Origin: Cyanophyceae cyanobacterium
GTDB taxonomy: Bacteria > Cyanobacteriota > Cyanobacteriia > Cyanobacteriales > Laspinemataceae
Direction of reading: 5' to 3'
DNA length: 64,000 nt
Assembly: GCA_038321985.1 (NCBI GenBank)
Contig: JBBQFN010000008.1
Span: forward strand, 96,001-160,000
In this document: piece by piece, positions 8,328 through 18,400 of the stretch
Layout: each line of letters starts with the position of its first letter
Numbering within the stretch: the stretch's first letter is position 1
Notes under the pieces: generated by a model
Databases searched by the model: none
Told to the model about the DNA's origin: nothing
What the model saw: only the letters and a program-made list of their open reading frames with translations
Made by a program: the position numbers and the translations under genes

Positions 8328-10424
8328 TCAACCCGGGGGAGAGTCCAGGGAACCCGCCACCGCACCCAGGGTAATCGCCCGTTCAATCAAGCTAACAGTC
8401 GCCCCCTGCGTATCCTCGACCCCGCGCCTATTATCCTCGGCAATTTTCCGCAACTCTTCCAGAGATTGAATCAGGGCCTCACAGACCGTCGAATGCTCTT
8501 GATTGGAATCCACCATAGAGTGAATCTGTTTAGAAATCAGGCCCAGGGCCAGAGTCATTTCCTTGACCCCCCGCGATTGTTCACTCATTGCCTTAGCCAC
8601 CTGCTCAGATTGCCCTTGCAGATTCTGTACCGCCGTCGAGATAAAATTGCTCGCCTTGCCTTGTTCCAGCATTCCCTGGAAAACCTGAGAAATCAGACCC
8701 GCCAAGCGCCCCGCCTCCGTCCCTAGCTGTGCCGCCGCCGTAGACTGTTGCGCCAGAGCCTGGGCTGTACTCGAAGCCGCACGGCGCATCAGTTCCACTG
8801 ATTGCATAATTTGATTCGCCCCATTCGCCTGTTCCGCCGTTGCTTGGCGAATTTGCGCCGTCAGCAACGAAGTATTTTGGGCCGCCTTCATTACATCCCG
8901 CGCCGCCCTGGCTTGCTCATTCATCGCCTTAGTCACCTCCATCGCAATTTTGCGCATCTGTCCGGCAGCCTGGACAATATTTTGAGCCGTTTGGGACTGT
9001 TCAGCCGTGGCCCCGGCCACTTGCTTCGCTTGACTCGCCGTCGTAGCGATCGCCACTACCACCGTCCTTCCCGCCCCCAACTGTTCCTCTGACGCCCGGG
9101 TAATTTGGGTCACCAACTGAGCCGTCTCCTCAATACCCCCCAGGATTTTCTTAAGCGCATTCACCCCATCTTCTGCCAGCCTTCCGCTATCATCCGCCAC
9201 CTTCAGCCCCTCATTCGACGTATTCACCGCCTCCTGGACCACCCCCTGCAAACCCTTGATAATCCCCCCAATCTCATTCGTTGCCTCAGCCGCGCGATCG
9301 GCCAGAGCCCGAATCTCCTGCGCCACCACCGCAAAACCCCTCCCCGCCTCCCCCGCCCGCGCCGCCTCAATAGACGCATTCAAAGACAACAAATTAGTCC
9401 GTTCCGCAATTAAATTAATCGTCTCTACAATCGAGCTAATCTCATCCGTGCGCTTCCCCGTTTCTCGGATAGCATCGGCAGATTTCACCATAGACAAACG
9501 CACCAAACTAAGCCCCGAAATAGTCCTTTGAACCGTCGCCCCCCCCACCGTGGCATCCGTCGCCACCTTGCGCGTAATCTCATTCGTCTGTTGCGTCAGT
9601 TGAGACACATTGCGAATCGAACCCTCCAGTTGTTCCGCGCTAATCGCCGCATTCGTCGCCGCATCCGTAATCTCTCGACTATTCAGCGCCACCCCTTGAA
9701 CCGACCGCGCCATCTCCTCAATAGAAATCGAGACCTGTTCCACCATCGCCGCTAAGTTCTCCGCCGTCGCCGAAACCTCCTCAATTGAGGCCCCCATCTC
9801 ATCCATCGAATGCGTCGTTTCCTCCGCTGCAACGTTTAAGTCCTCCGCATTCATCGCCACCCCCTGGATAGAGCTCGTAATCTCCTCAATCGAAGCAGCA
9901 GTTTCATTGATAGCCGAGGCCAACTCATCCGTATCTAAACTGACGCTTTTGATAGAGGCGGCGATTTCCCCGATCGCGCTAGTGAGCTGAGTTGCCGAAG
10001 TCGCCATAGATTCAGTGGTCTGGCTGACACTGTTGATGGAGCTAGCAGTTTCCTGAATATGAGTCGAGATTTCATTAATTTCCCCCGCCAAAGTCACCGT
10101 ATTAGCCGTCACCTGCTCAATAGAGGCGGCAATTTCATTCACAAAAGAAACCAGTTGTTCACTAGAAGTGGCGACGGAATCCGCTTGATTGGCCGTCTGA
10201 GCCACAGAGACAGCCATTTGATTAATTTTGAGGGTACTTTCATCCAGGGATTTCATCTGGTTAATTGCGCCAGCACAAACCTGTTCAGCAATTCGTGAAA
10301 TTTCATGGGCTGATTCAGTCATTTGGCTGGCATACAATCGAATTTTTCCATTCTCTATTTTACCCTTTTTTCCGCCTTTCTTTTCTTTATTTTTAAGATT
10401 GATTTTAGCTTTTTTCTTCTTCAT
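8328..10424 (-). CDS. Soluble methyl-accepting chemotaxis protein with extended coiled coil, no TM or recognisable sensor domain
   Basis: Signalling tip [37 protein letters not shown]; no hydrophobic segments; Lys-rich N-terminus. Confidence 0.92.
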   Translation of the reverse strand: MKKKKAKINLKNKEKKGGKKGKIENGKIRLYASQMTESAHEISRIAEQVCAGAINQMKSLDESTLKINQMAVSVAQTANQADSVATSSEQLVSFVNEIAASIEQVTANTVTLAGEINEISTHIQETASSINSVSQTTESMATSATQLTSAIGEIAASIKSVSLDTDELASAINETAASIEEITSSIQGVAMNAEDLNVAAEETTHSMDEMGASIEEVSATAENLAAMVEQVSISIEEMARSVQGVALNSREITDAATNAAISAEQLEGSIRNVSQLTQQTNEITRKVATDATVGGATVQRTISGLSLVRLSMVKSADAIRETGKRTDEISSIVETINLIAERTNLLSLNASIEAARAGEAGRGFAVVAQEIRALADRAAEATNEIGGIIKGLQGVVQEAVNTSNEGLKVADDSGRLAEDGVNALKKILGGIEETAQLVTQITRASEEQLGAGRTVVVAIATTASQAKQVAGATAEQSQTAQNIVQAAGQMRKIAMEVTKAMNEQARAARDVMKAAQNTSLLTAQIRQATAEQANGANQIMQSVELMRRAASSTAQALAQQSTAAAQLGTEAGRLAGLISQVFQGMLEQGKASNFISTAVQNLQGQSEQVAKAMSEQSRGVKEMTLALGLISKQIHSMVDSNQEHSTVCEALIQSLEELRKIAEDNRRGVEDTQGATVSLIERAITLGAVAGSLDSPPG

Positions 10425-10504
10425 ACCTTTCTCTCAAATATTATTCAAATAATTTTAGTAAAAATGGCTTTTACTACCTACAGGTTCCCTTAATTCATTC
10501 TAAA

Positions 10505-10990
10505 TTAACCGGGGCTCTCCAATCCGGTTAGATTTAATGGGTTGACTGCTTCTGCTCCATTCAATAACGCTTCAATATTCAGTAACAGAATAACTCGCTC
10601 TCCTAATGTGGCAATTCCCGATAGATAGCGGCGGCTACACCCGGATATTCCTTCAGGAGTGGGTTGCATCGCCTCGTTCGGTAACGATAGGAACTCCCGA
10701 GCCGTATCGACTATCAATCCGACGGTGCGCTGATTGACACAAATCACGATCAAGCGGGTGCGAAGATTATAGGGGATTTTTTCCAGGCCAAATTTCACCC
10801 GTAGATTTAGTACCGGAATCACTTGTCCGCGAGAAAACACAACGCCTTCAACAAAGGGCGGGGCCTGGGGAACAGGAGTGATCCGGTTAACCATTTCCAT
10901 CTGCTGAATGAATCCGGAGGGGATTCCGTAGGTTGTATTGGCAAGCTCAAAAAAAATAAAGGTTGAGCCGGTATTGTGAGAGTTTACCAT
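10505..10990 (-). CDS. cheW: Chemotaxis coupling protein CheW
   Basis: ITPVPQAPPFVEGVVFSRGQVIPVLNLR...GLIVD motif. Confidence 0.95.
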   Translation of the reverse strand: MVNSHNTGSTFIFFELANTTYGIPSGFIQQMEMVNRITPVPQAPPFVEGVVFSRGQVIPVLNLRVKFGLEKIPYNLRTRLIVICVNQRTVGLIVDTAREFLSLPNEAMQPTPEGISGCSRRYLSGIATLGERVILLLNIEALLNGAEAVNPLNLTGLESPG

Positions 10991-11060
10991 TGAACTAAAA
11001 GCGAGTAGAAATCGGGAGTCAATTTGGGAAACCGACGGGGTAAAATTCTTCGGTAGTATG

Positions 11061-13376
11061 TTAAGCGTTCATTTTGGATTTGATCACGTTACGGACAAGG
11101 GCCAGGGCATCGAGAATCAAGACCACCCGGCCATCGCCGAGTTCAGTGGCTCCAGAAATGCCCACAACTTGAACGAAGGGGTCATTAAGCGCCCGCACGA
11201 CGATTTCCCGTTGTCCGATAATGCGATCAACGACGATGCCTACGGTGTTGAGTCCGCTACCCACGATCACAACCCTTAAGGGGTCGGGCGATCGCCCATA
11301 ATTGCAGCTTAATACCCCATCATCTCGGTTGGATTGCGTCCCTGGGAAGGGAAATGAATTCGAGTTTGACGGATCATGAAGGGCCGAAAATTGCCCATTC
11401 CCTGAGTCACTGGGGGTTGACTCAAGCCGAGGTAACCCAAAAAGGGACCCCAGCCGCAAAAGGGGGAGCACCTTCCCTCCGTAAGAAATAATTTCATGTC
11501 TCTCAAATACCGTAACCGCCCTAGATGAAATCGAAATCGCCTCGCGTATAGATTTTGTACCGATCGCATACATTTCTGTACTGACACCCACAATCAACGC
11601 ATCCGCGATCGCCAAGGTCAGGGGTAACTCAATCATAAACCGTGTCCCTTGCCCCCTACAACTCTCAAAAGTCAGCATCCCACCCAGTTCTTGGATCGTG
11701 TTTTTGACGATCGCCATCCCCACTCCTCGTCCACTGGCTAAATCAGCTACTTCTCGGGTAGAAAACCCTGGGGTACATAAAATCTCTAAAAGGGTGGTGG
11801 GATCGTCAACAGGATGGAGGAGATTGCTTTTAACAGAATCAGGTACTAACCCTCGCTCATACCCTTTCTCTAAAACCTTAGATTGATCAATCCCCTGTCC
11901 ATCATCTTCGATTTCAATCACCACCATCTCCCCAGAAGTTTTCGCTCTCAAGGAGAGTTTCCCCTCGACGGATTTGCCTGCTTTTTTTCGCTCCTCTTGT
12001 GTTTCTAACCCATGACTCACGGCATTTCTAACTAAATGCAACAACGGATCCATCATCCGTTCGACCACAAATTTATCGATTTCGGTTTCCTGTCCACTCA
12101 ATTCGACGCTAACTTGTTTTTGAGTCTCGCGCACTAAATCTCGGACAACAAACTGCATCCGAGCAAAGATTTCCCCAATTGGTACTAACCGCACGCGCAT
12201 CACTCCTTCGCGTAGGTCCCTCAGTTGCCGTTCCAGCATTTGATTGATTTCAATCAAGGGACGCATCTCGGTTAGGGGGACTCTCTCTTTCATCCGGGTG
12301 ATCTGATCTTCAAGTCGCGCACGGGTAATGACCAAATCCCCCATCATCCGCATCAATTCATCCAACTTGGGTAAGTCTACCCGCACCACGTTGGAACTTG
12401 GAGAAATGAAGGGGGCTGACGGGGTGATCGGTGCCACAGGAGTCGCGCTTTCCTCGGTTTGCGGTGGGAGGTTACATTCTCCCGGGATGGGAGATGCGCT
12501 TTCACCCTCGTGAGCAAGCTCAACCCCTTCTGTGGGGGGCAAGGTGGGATTTTCCCGGGGCAAATTTGGAGGCGGTTCTTCTGGAAACTGGATTAACCGC
12601 GGGTGGGTTTCCTCTGGGGAACTGCTGAGTCCGCTCAGATAGGGACTCCAGCTGAGCCCCTCATTTTCCCACCCGCTAAAGGCACTCATCTTCAGGCTAC
12701 TGACGATTAAAAAATGAAACTCAATTTTTCCCTCCGGTGTCATCCGAGGTGCGGCATGGATTAACTCCCCTAGACTGTGGAGGCGATCGCGGATTTTATT
12801 GACGTTGATACCCTGAGCCGAAAGTTGGGGCGTGGGTACAAACATAAAGTGCCATGCTTTGGCTCCGGGGGCAACTGCGGCGCGGTTAAGTCGGGTGATT
12901 TCTTCGGTTTTGAGTTGAAGTTGTGGGGGGAGGGCCTCTTCTCCCCCTGCCGGTGCGGGTTCTTCCGTGGGAATCACGGCACGGAGTTGGGCGATCGCCT
13001 TGTTAATATCCGGCCCTGAGCTTTTGTTTCGATGAGAAGCTATGGTTTGCTCTAGTCCTGTGGTTCCTCCCAGTAGGGCATCAAATCCTTCGGGACTAAG
13101 CAAGACTTCTTGATCCCGGAGTACCCGCAAATAGCTTTCCATCTCATGAGCTAAGGCTTCTGCTTCTTTGACTCCTACCATCCCGGATAAGCCTTTGATG
13201 GAATGAAAGCAGCGAAAAAGTTCATTTAAAACAGAAGGCTCAATTTGATTTTTTCCCACGAAGGGTTCAATCGCCAATAATTCTCGTCGCACTACGGTTA
13301 AGTGGTCTTCGCATTCGGCAAAATAGTCTTCTAAAAAGTCTATAAAAAAATTGTTACCGTCTGGGGGAGTGGACAC
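11061..13376 (-). CDS. cheA: Chemotaxis histidine kinase CheA (Hpt, P2-like, dimerisation, HATPase, CheW domain; no REC)
   Basis: LFRCFHSIKG (Hpt), VRVDLPKLDELM, HLVRNAVSHG, IEDDGQGID, SGRGVGM, LPLTLAI, GATELGDGRVVLILD. Confidence 0.96.
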   Translation of the reverse strand: MSTPPDGNNFFIDFLEDYFAECEDHLTVVRRELLAIEPFVGKNQIEPSVLNELFRCFHSIKGLSGMVGVKEAEALAHEMESYLRVLRDQEVLLSPEGFDALLGGTTGLEQTIASHRNKSSGPDINKAIAQLRAVIPTEEPAPAGGEEALPPQLQLKTEEITRLNRAAVAPGAKAWHFMFVPTPQLSAQGINVNKIRDRLHSLGELIHAAPRMTPEGKIEFHFLIVSSLKMSAFSGWENEGLSWSPYLSGLSSSPEETHPRLIQFPEEPPPNLPRENPTLPPTEGVELAHEGESASPIPGECNLPPQTEESATPVAPITPSAPFISPSSNVVRVDLPKLDELMRMMGDLVITRARLEDQITRMKERVPLTEMRPLIEINQMLERQLRDLREGVMRVRLVPIGEIFARMQFVVRDLVRETQKQVSVELSGQETEIDKFVVERMMDPLLHLVRNAVSHGLETQEERKKAGKSVEGKLSLRAKTSGEMVVIEIEDDGQGIDQSKVLEKGYERGLVPDSVKSNLLHPVDDPTTLLEILCTPGFSTREVADLASGRGVGMAIVKNTIQELGGMLTFESCRGQGTRFMIELPLTLAIADALIVGVSTEMYAIGTKSIREAISISSRAVTVFERHEIISYGGKVLPLLRLGSLFGLPRLESTPSDSGNGQFSALHDPSNSNSFPFPGTQSNRDDGVLSCNYGRSPDPLRVVIVGSGLNTVGIVVDRIIGQREIVVRALNDPFVQVVGISGATELGDGRVVLILDALALVRNVIKSKMNA

Positions 13377-13456
13377 GAGGGTTGTTCTCTCTTTTATATC
13401 TTTGTAAGCGATTCATTAATTAGATTTTAGATTTTAGATTGGGGAGATGGCGACTG

Positions 13457-13825
13457 CTAATGAGACAGCAACTCCTTGATTTGAGAGGAAAGGGACCTGG
13501 GTTCAAAGGGTTTAGTTAGATAGCAAGCCGCTCCTGCTTCAATGGCTTCACTCCGGCTACCTTCGTCGCCTTTCGTGGTTAAAATTACAATGGGTGTGGC
13601 ATTGTAGCTGGGATGTCCTAGAACAAATCTCAGCACTTCCAACCCGTGCATATCGGGCATATTCAAATCTAAAATCATTAAATCGAAGGGAGAGACGGCT
13701 AGTTGTTCTATGGCTTCGAGTCCATTCCCCGCTTCCTGAAATGTCACTTCGCTTAGGTCTCGCAGTGACGCTATGACCATTTTTCTCATAGTAGACGAAT
13801 CATCGACAACTAAAATCCGTTTCAT
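13457..13825 (-). CDS. cheY: Single-domain response regulator CheY
   Basis: ILVVDDS...ILDLNMP.MHG...LTT...YLTKPF; first gene of the che operon. Confidence 0.9.
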   Translation of the reverse strand: MKRILVVDDSSTMRKMVIASLRDLSEVTFQEAGNGLEAIEQLAVSPFDLMILDLNMPDMHGLEVLRFVLGHPSYNATPIVILTTKGDEGSRSEAIEAGAACYLTKPFEPRSLSSQIKELLSH

Positions 13826-14702
13826 CGTTTCTTTCTCCTTGACTGAATGCTATTATTGAACCTAAAAAGGGTGATTTTTGTCCTTTGGGGGAACTGACCA
13901 TAGAGATTGAATGGTTGCTAGCTGGACTCGCGGCGATAGCCGAATCGACCCTAACCCGAAAACATTTTTACTTGGCCTTTCCCCTATTTTCTCATTTTCT
14001 TCTCAAAACGTGGCAATTTCTTTAAAAAATGCAGCATTATCCCCGGCTCTTTCTAAAATTTTTCCTTTTCTTCCTCCATTCTCATCCCCTCTGTTTAAAA
14101 ATATTTTTTATTAATTAAATTAAATTTTGTTTACCCTTTATTACTTCAGATTTTGGGCTTTTTATTGAATTTAATTTTAGGAATAAATTTTTATTTTAAG
14201 GGGATTTATTTGTTTTTTAATTTTAAAAATTGTCCTCAAAATATTTTGAATTTTTCTTGCATTGATTAAGGCTTTTTGTGAGGTAAGCCCTCTTATATTA
14301 TTGAGTAAAACTTGACCTTAAAAAACAAGAATTTGCCGTCTAATATGTTATAGTGTATCAAAGATATAGCAGTTTAAAAAATAATTAATGAAAATTTAAT
14401 AATGCCCGAAAGGCTCAAACTTTTACAATATCTTTATCTGGAAAAAGGGGAACTGAGCTCCGCAGTCGCCGGGTGGGTGCAAGGAAGGGTTTGTTGCCTC
14501 TGTCAATCTTGGAAATCTCCCAGGGATGGGCAGGAGTGGGACTGTCTATTCTGGGATTTATACTGAGCAACCTCTGAAAAGATGCCAAGGACGAATGCCC
14601 TTGGGGGAGGTGAAAAATTCCGCTTGCGATCGGGTGGCGACAGCTAAAATACTCAAGAGAGAGAACAAGCCCATCTGTAACACTCAAGGGACCCCCAAAA
14701 CC

Positions 14703-15575
14703 ATGCCCAGCCCTGTCACAAACCCGAACCAACAGGGTGAACCTGCGATCGCCACTGCCGATATTCAATTGCTGGTCCTCGATATTGATGGCACCATTGC
14801 CGGAGTCTCAAATCAAATCACCGGATCAGTCAAAGAAGCGATCGCCGCAGTTCACAGAAAAGGTATCCCCGTCGCGATCGCCACGGGACGGATGTATCGA
14901 TCAGCCCTCCGTTTCCACCAGGAAATTATCTCCCCTTTACCCTTAATTGCCTACCAAGGGGCATTAATCAAAGACCCTGCCACCTCTACCCTTCACTATC
15001 ACACCCCGGTTGCCTCAGCGATCGCCCTGGAATTATTAGACTACTTTGATGACCCTACGGTGCGATCGCAGCTTTCTGTCCACTGTTACATCGACGATTG
15101 TCTTTATGTTCGCGAACTCACTCCAGACAGTCAAGCCTATGGCGATCGCACCGGAGTGACTCCGATTCCCTACGGCAACTTGCGGCCCCTGATTGCAGCA
15201 TCGGCCCCTACAAAACTCCTCGCCCTCAGCCAAAATACCCATTTAATTGACGAGTTGCTGCAAACCTTTAGCTTACGCTATCCCTCCACAGAACTCTACT
15301 TGACCAAATCTCATCCCACCTTTCTAGAAGCCGGCAATCCTGCGGTGAATAAAGGTGCTGCCGTCCGTTATCTAGCTGAAGATATCCTCGGACTCTCTAG
15401 CGCGAATGTGATGTGCATTGGAGATAATTTTAACGATGTGGAAATGCTCCAGTATGCCGGTATCGGTGTAGCAATGGGTAACGCACCCGAGGGAGTCAAA
15501 GCTGTAGCCCATTGGGTGAGTCCCTCCGTAGAGGAAGAAGGAGTGGCCCGGGCGATCGAACGGTTTCTGCTGTAG
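14703..15575 (+). CDS. Cof-type HAD-IIB family hydrolase
   Basis: LDIDGT, IATGR, VNKG and IGDNFNDVEML motifs; start codon uncertain. Confidence 0.93.
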   Translation: MPSPVTNPNQQGEPAIATADIQLLVLDIDGTIAGVSNQITGSVKEAIAAVHRKGIPVAIATGRMYRSALRFHQEIISPLPLIAYQGALIKDPATSTLHYHTPVASAIALELLDYFDDPTVRSQLSVHCYIDDCLYVRELTPDSQAYGDRTGVTPIPYGNLRPLIAASAPTKLLALSQNTHLIDELLQTFSLRYPSTELYLTKSHPTFLEAGNPAVNKGAAVRYLAEDILGLSSANVMCIGDNFNDVEMLQYAGIGVAMGNAPEGVKAVAHWVSPSVEEEGVARAIERFLL

Positions 15576-15922
15576 TTTGGAAGGGATGGATCCTTACGCA
15601 GTCCCCAGGAACCGGAAAGAGTTAGGGTGGGGTCCCTAGGTTGAAGGGAAGAATAAATGAAGAACTAGCCTAGGCATTGCCCATCCTAATTATCCCCTGA
15701 ATGCCTAAGTTTTATAAAAATAAGACTGGTTTTTTAAAAATTTTCAGCAGAAAGGGCCCCGACGACTGGCCGTGTTTCGTCTCGGTGCCCTTATCTGGTT
15801 CGCTCCTCACACACCTGCTAATATACCGAACTCAAGCAGATTTGTCACCCCCCTCAACAAACTTTCTTGAGAATTTTGTAACATCTTTTCGAGTTCCTAC
15901 TTTTTAGACCGAGGCAGTTTGG

Positions 15923-16828
15923 CTAAAGTTCCACGGGAGCAAAGCTGCCCAGTTCCCTTTCTAGTAAATGTTTCAGCAATTTCTGGCTCAGGGCAACTAG
16001 CCCTAATCTGGCCTGTCCCAACTCCGGATCTAGAGATCGCAAGGCTCCCCAAATTTGACATTGAGCGTGAAAAGTCAGGAAATCCTGACTTAAGAGACTA
16101 GCTCTAGAGACCGGGCTAGTCAGTTGGGAAAGAGGGAAAGTAGAGCTGAGTGCATCTACGGTGGCGATCGCCTGAGAAATCAGGGCGCGTTCGGCAGGAT
16201 GACAGGGCTTGAGTTGGCTTTGAGAGTCCAACCAGGGAATAGAATCAGGTGCAATCACAGAAGCGATACTGGGATCAGAAGCACCCGGAGTGGCAAGATT
16301 GACGACGGTTTGCTGGGTAATTAAGCCGTCTCGGTGTGCTAATCGCAATAGGGCGCAACAACGGGCGTGGGCGTATTGGATTGAAAATAAATCCGGGGAC
16401 GTAAAGGGGGTACGGGGTTCCGGAGTTAGAGCCGGCGAGAGGTCCCAAGCAACGCTCTTTTGTAACCAAGTCGCAATACCTGGGTCAGTTAGTTGTAGGT
16501 AAAGTTTACCCGGAGGAACAACCCTAAGGATCCAGTCGTTGACCTCGAAAGTCAAGGCTGAGTCAGGGGGCCTAGAGTCCCGGAAACAGTTGGCGATCGC
16601 AGTGGCAATTTCTAGGGGGGGTTTAGACCCCTGTTTAGCCAGTTGTAGGGCGACTGGAGAAATATAAATGATATGTTGGTTATCTTTAGCGCGATAAAGG
16701 GGAATGGGCGGGGCCGACTGCGCAGGGAAGCACAACTTCAAGAGTTCGCCTTGTTCCAAAAGTGAGGTAACTGCTCCCTGGAGTTGAGCTAAGAGTACAG
16801 GGGCGATCGCCAAGGGTTTAACCATCAT
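15923..16828 (-). CDS. DALR anticodon-binding domain protein (ArgRS paralog lacking the catalytic domain)
   Basis: ArgRS N-terminal-like segment (YISPVALQLAK...PLEIATAIA...PPGKLYLQL) fused directly to DALR (IQYAHARCCALLR...ARLGL...APVEL); no HIGH motif; start uncertain. Confidence 0.85.
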   Translation of the reverse strand: MMVKPLAIAPVLLAQLQGAVTSLLEQGELLKLCFPAQSAPPIPLYRAKDNQHIIYISPVALQLAKQGSKPPLEIATAIANCFRDSRPPDSALTFEVNDWILRVVPPGKLYLQLTDPGIATWLQKSVAWDLSPALTPEPRTPFTSPDLFSIQYAHARCCALLRLAHRDGLITQQTVVNLATPGASDPSIASVIAPDSIPWLDSQSQLKPCHPAERALISQAIATVDALSSTFPLSQLTSPVSRASLLSQDFLTFHAQCQIWGALRSLDPELGQARLGLVALSQKLLKHLLERELGSFAPVEL

Positions 16829-17392
16829 CAAGTGAGAAAGTAGAAGGGTAAGGAGGGGGGATCCCCAGGCCAATGAGATTGCCCAAGCTACAAAATCTAT
16901 CCCTGGGCAAAACTAGGCAAAAACTAACCGGACAAGTAAGGGGCGGTTAAGTAATATTGGCTACCCTGATTTTTGGACCCCCCTAATTTTAATATGAACC
17001 GACAACTGTTAAACCGCGATCGCTCTCAACCGATGACACCTCGTCCTGAACCCCAGGACTTCTCAATTCCCCGGAACCTGTTTCAAGGCCGACTCGGTTT
17101 AGGGTCAGGCAATCAAGACGGGTAGCAGTGGAGAGAAAATCGATTATTTGTATACCATTGACCCGGGAGCGTTTTCAACGTTTAGATGTTTTATACTAAA
17201 TTTGGTCATCAAAGCGCTATTTTTTTAAGAAAAGCGACAGGTACAGCGGGGCCTGTATAGCCGTAGCCTTAAACTTGTCGGGTTTTGCGCTGAGGGCCGA
17301 ATGGAGTATGAGATATTTTATAGGGAGTATTTGCATCGCCACCGTACTCTTCACCGGGGTACATCGAGCCAAACCCTGCAAAAAATTTAGGT

Positions 17393-18238
17393 ATGTATTC
17401 ATCTCAACCGGCCCAGCTCTCACGACCTTTTTTAACTCAAAACCCGATTCTAGAGTGGGCTGAACAACACTATCGATGTCGAACTTTTCGCAAAGAAGAA
17501 CGAATCCCTACCCGTCCTGGGTTGGTATATTTTGTGATATCCGGCTCTGCCCGTCTGGTGGCGGTGGCGAAAGATAGCCCTAATGCGCTCCAGGTTTCAT
17601 CCCGGAAAACGACCCGGAAAAATCCCGCCCACGCCGAGTCTCCCTCGATCGCCAAGGGTTTGAGGAGCTTGTGCGAAACTCCTAGCCAAAGCGCCGGTCC
17701 CGTCCAGAAAATCAACACCATCTCCCTTCTAGGGAAAGACAAGGAAGAAAACGCTGAAACCTTTTTAGGATTTGTAAGCCAAGGTCAACCCTTTGAAGTG
17801 GCGATCGAAACCTTTTTTACCCTCGAAGCCTACGCCCATATTGACGAAACTTCGGTGATTTGGATGTACTGGCCGGATTTAGATCAGTGGCCGTTGTTTC
17901 GGCAACAAGTCCTTGATGCGTTTCGCTATCAACACCAACGCAAGCTGTTATGGCTGGGAATGTTGGGACAGCGACGCACCATAGAGAAACTGTTAGGATT
18001 TTTGACCTTATTGATTGAGGAACATGGCGAACGGATCGGGGGGGATCCCGAAAAAGAAGAGGGAATGGGCTATTATTTGCCTTGGAATTTAACTCATGCT
18101 CAGATTGGTAGTGCGATCGGTTCCACTCGGGTTACAGTGACCCGATTAATGGGGAAATTGCGGGGGGAAGGCTTGATTCAAGTGGGAAAGGGTCACTTAA
18201 TTGGTTTACCTCCTCTGATAAATACCTCGGGAGAATAA
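17393..18238 (+). CDS. Crp/Fnr family transcriptional regulator
   Basis: C-terminal HTH LTHAQIGSAIGSTRVTVTRLMGKL; divergent cNMP-like N-terminal domain with an insertion. Confidence 0.9.
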   Translation: MYSSQPAQLSRPFLTQNPILEWAEQHYRCRTFRKEERIPTRPGLVYFVISGSARLVAVAKDSPNALQVSSRKTTRKNPAHAESPSIAKGLRSLCETPSQSAGPVQKINTISLLGKDKEENAETFLGFVSQGQPFEVAIETFFTLEAYAHIDETSVIWMYWPDLDQWPLFRQQVLDAFRYQHQRKLLWLGMLGQRRTIEKLLGFLTLLIEEHGERIGGDPEKEEGMGYYLPWNLTHAQIGSAIGSTRVTVTRLMGKLRGEGLIQVGKGHLIGLPPLINTSGE

Positions 18239-18400
18239 GTTCAAACCCCGTTGTTAAAGGCCGGGTTTCTCTTAGATTGAACATTTAGAAGAAAGGGTTA
18301 ATCCTCCGGAATTGGTTAATTATTGAAGCGGAATTTTAGAAGGGGCAAATCGGACAGGAAAAATTAGAGAATTTCTGGTAAACCCTCCGGCTTATGAGAG

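Noticed and set aside
5166..13019. Many plus-strand ORFs overlapping the che operon
   Set aside because: Antisense shadow ORFs expected from the codon bias of the minus-strand genes; no recognisable motifs.
13826..14450. Very AT-rich tract and short ORFs as possible foreign DNA
   Set aside because: Consistent with a divergent promoter region between cheY and the HAD gene; the ORFs lack coding features.
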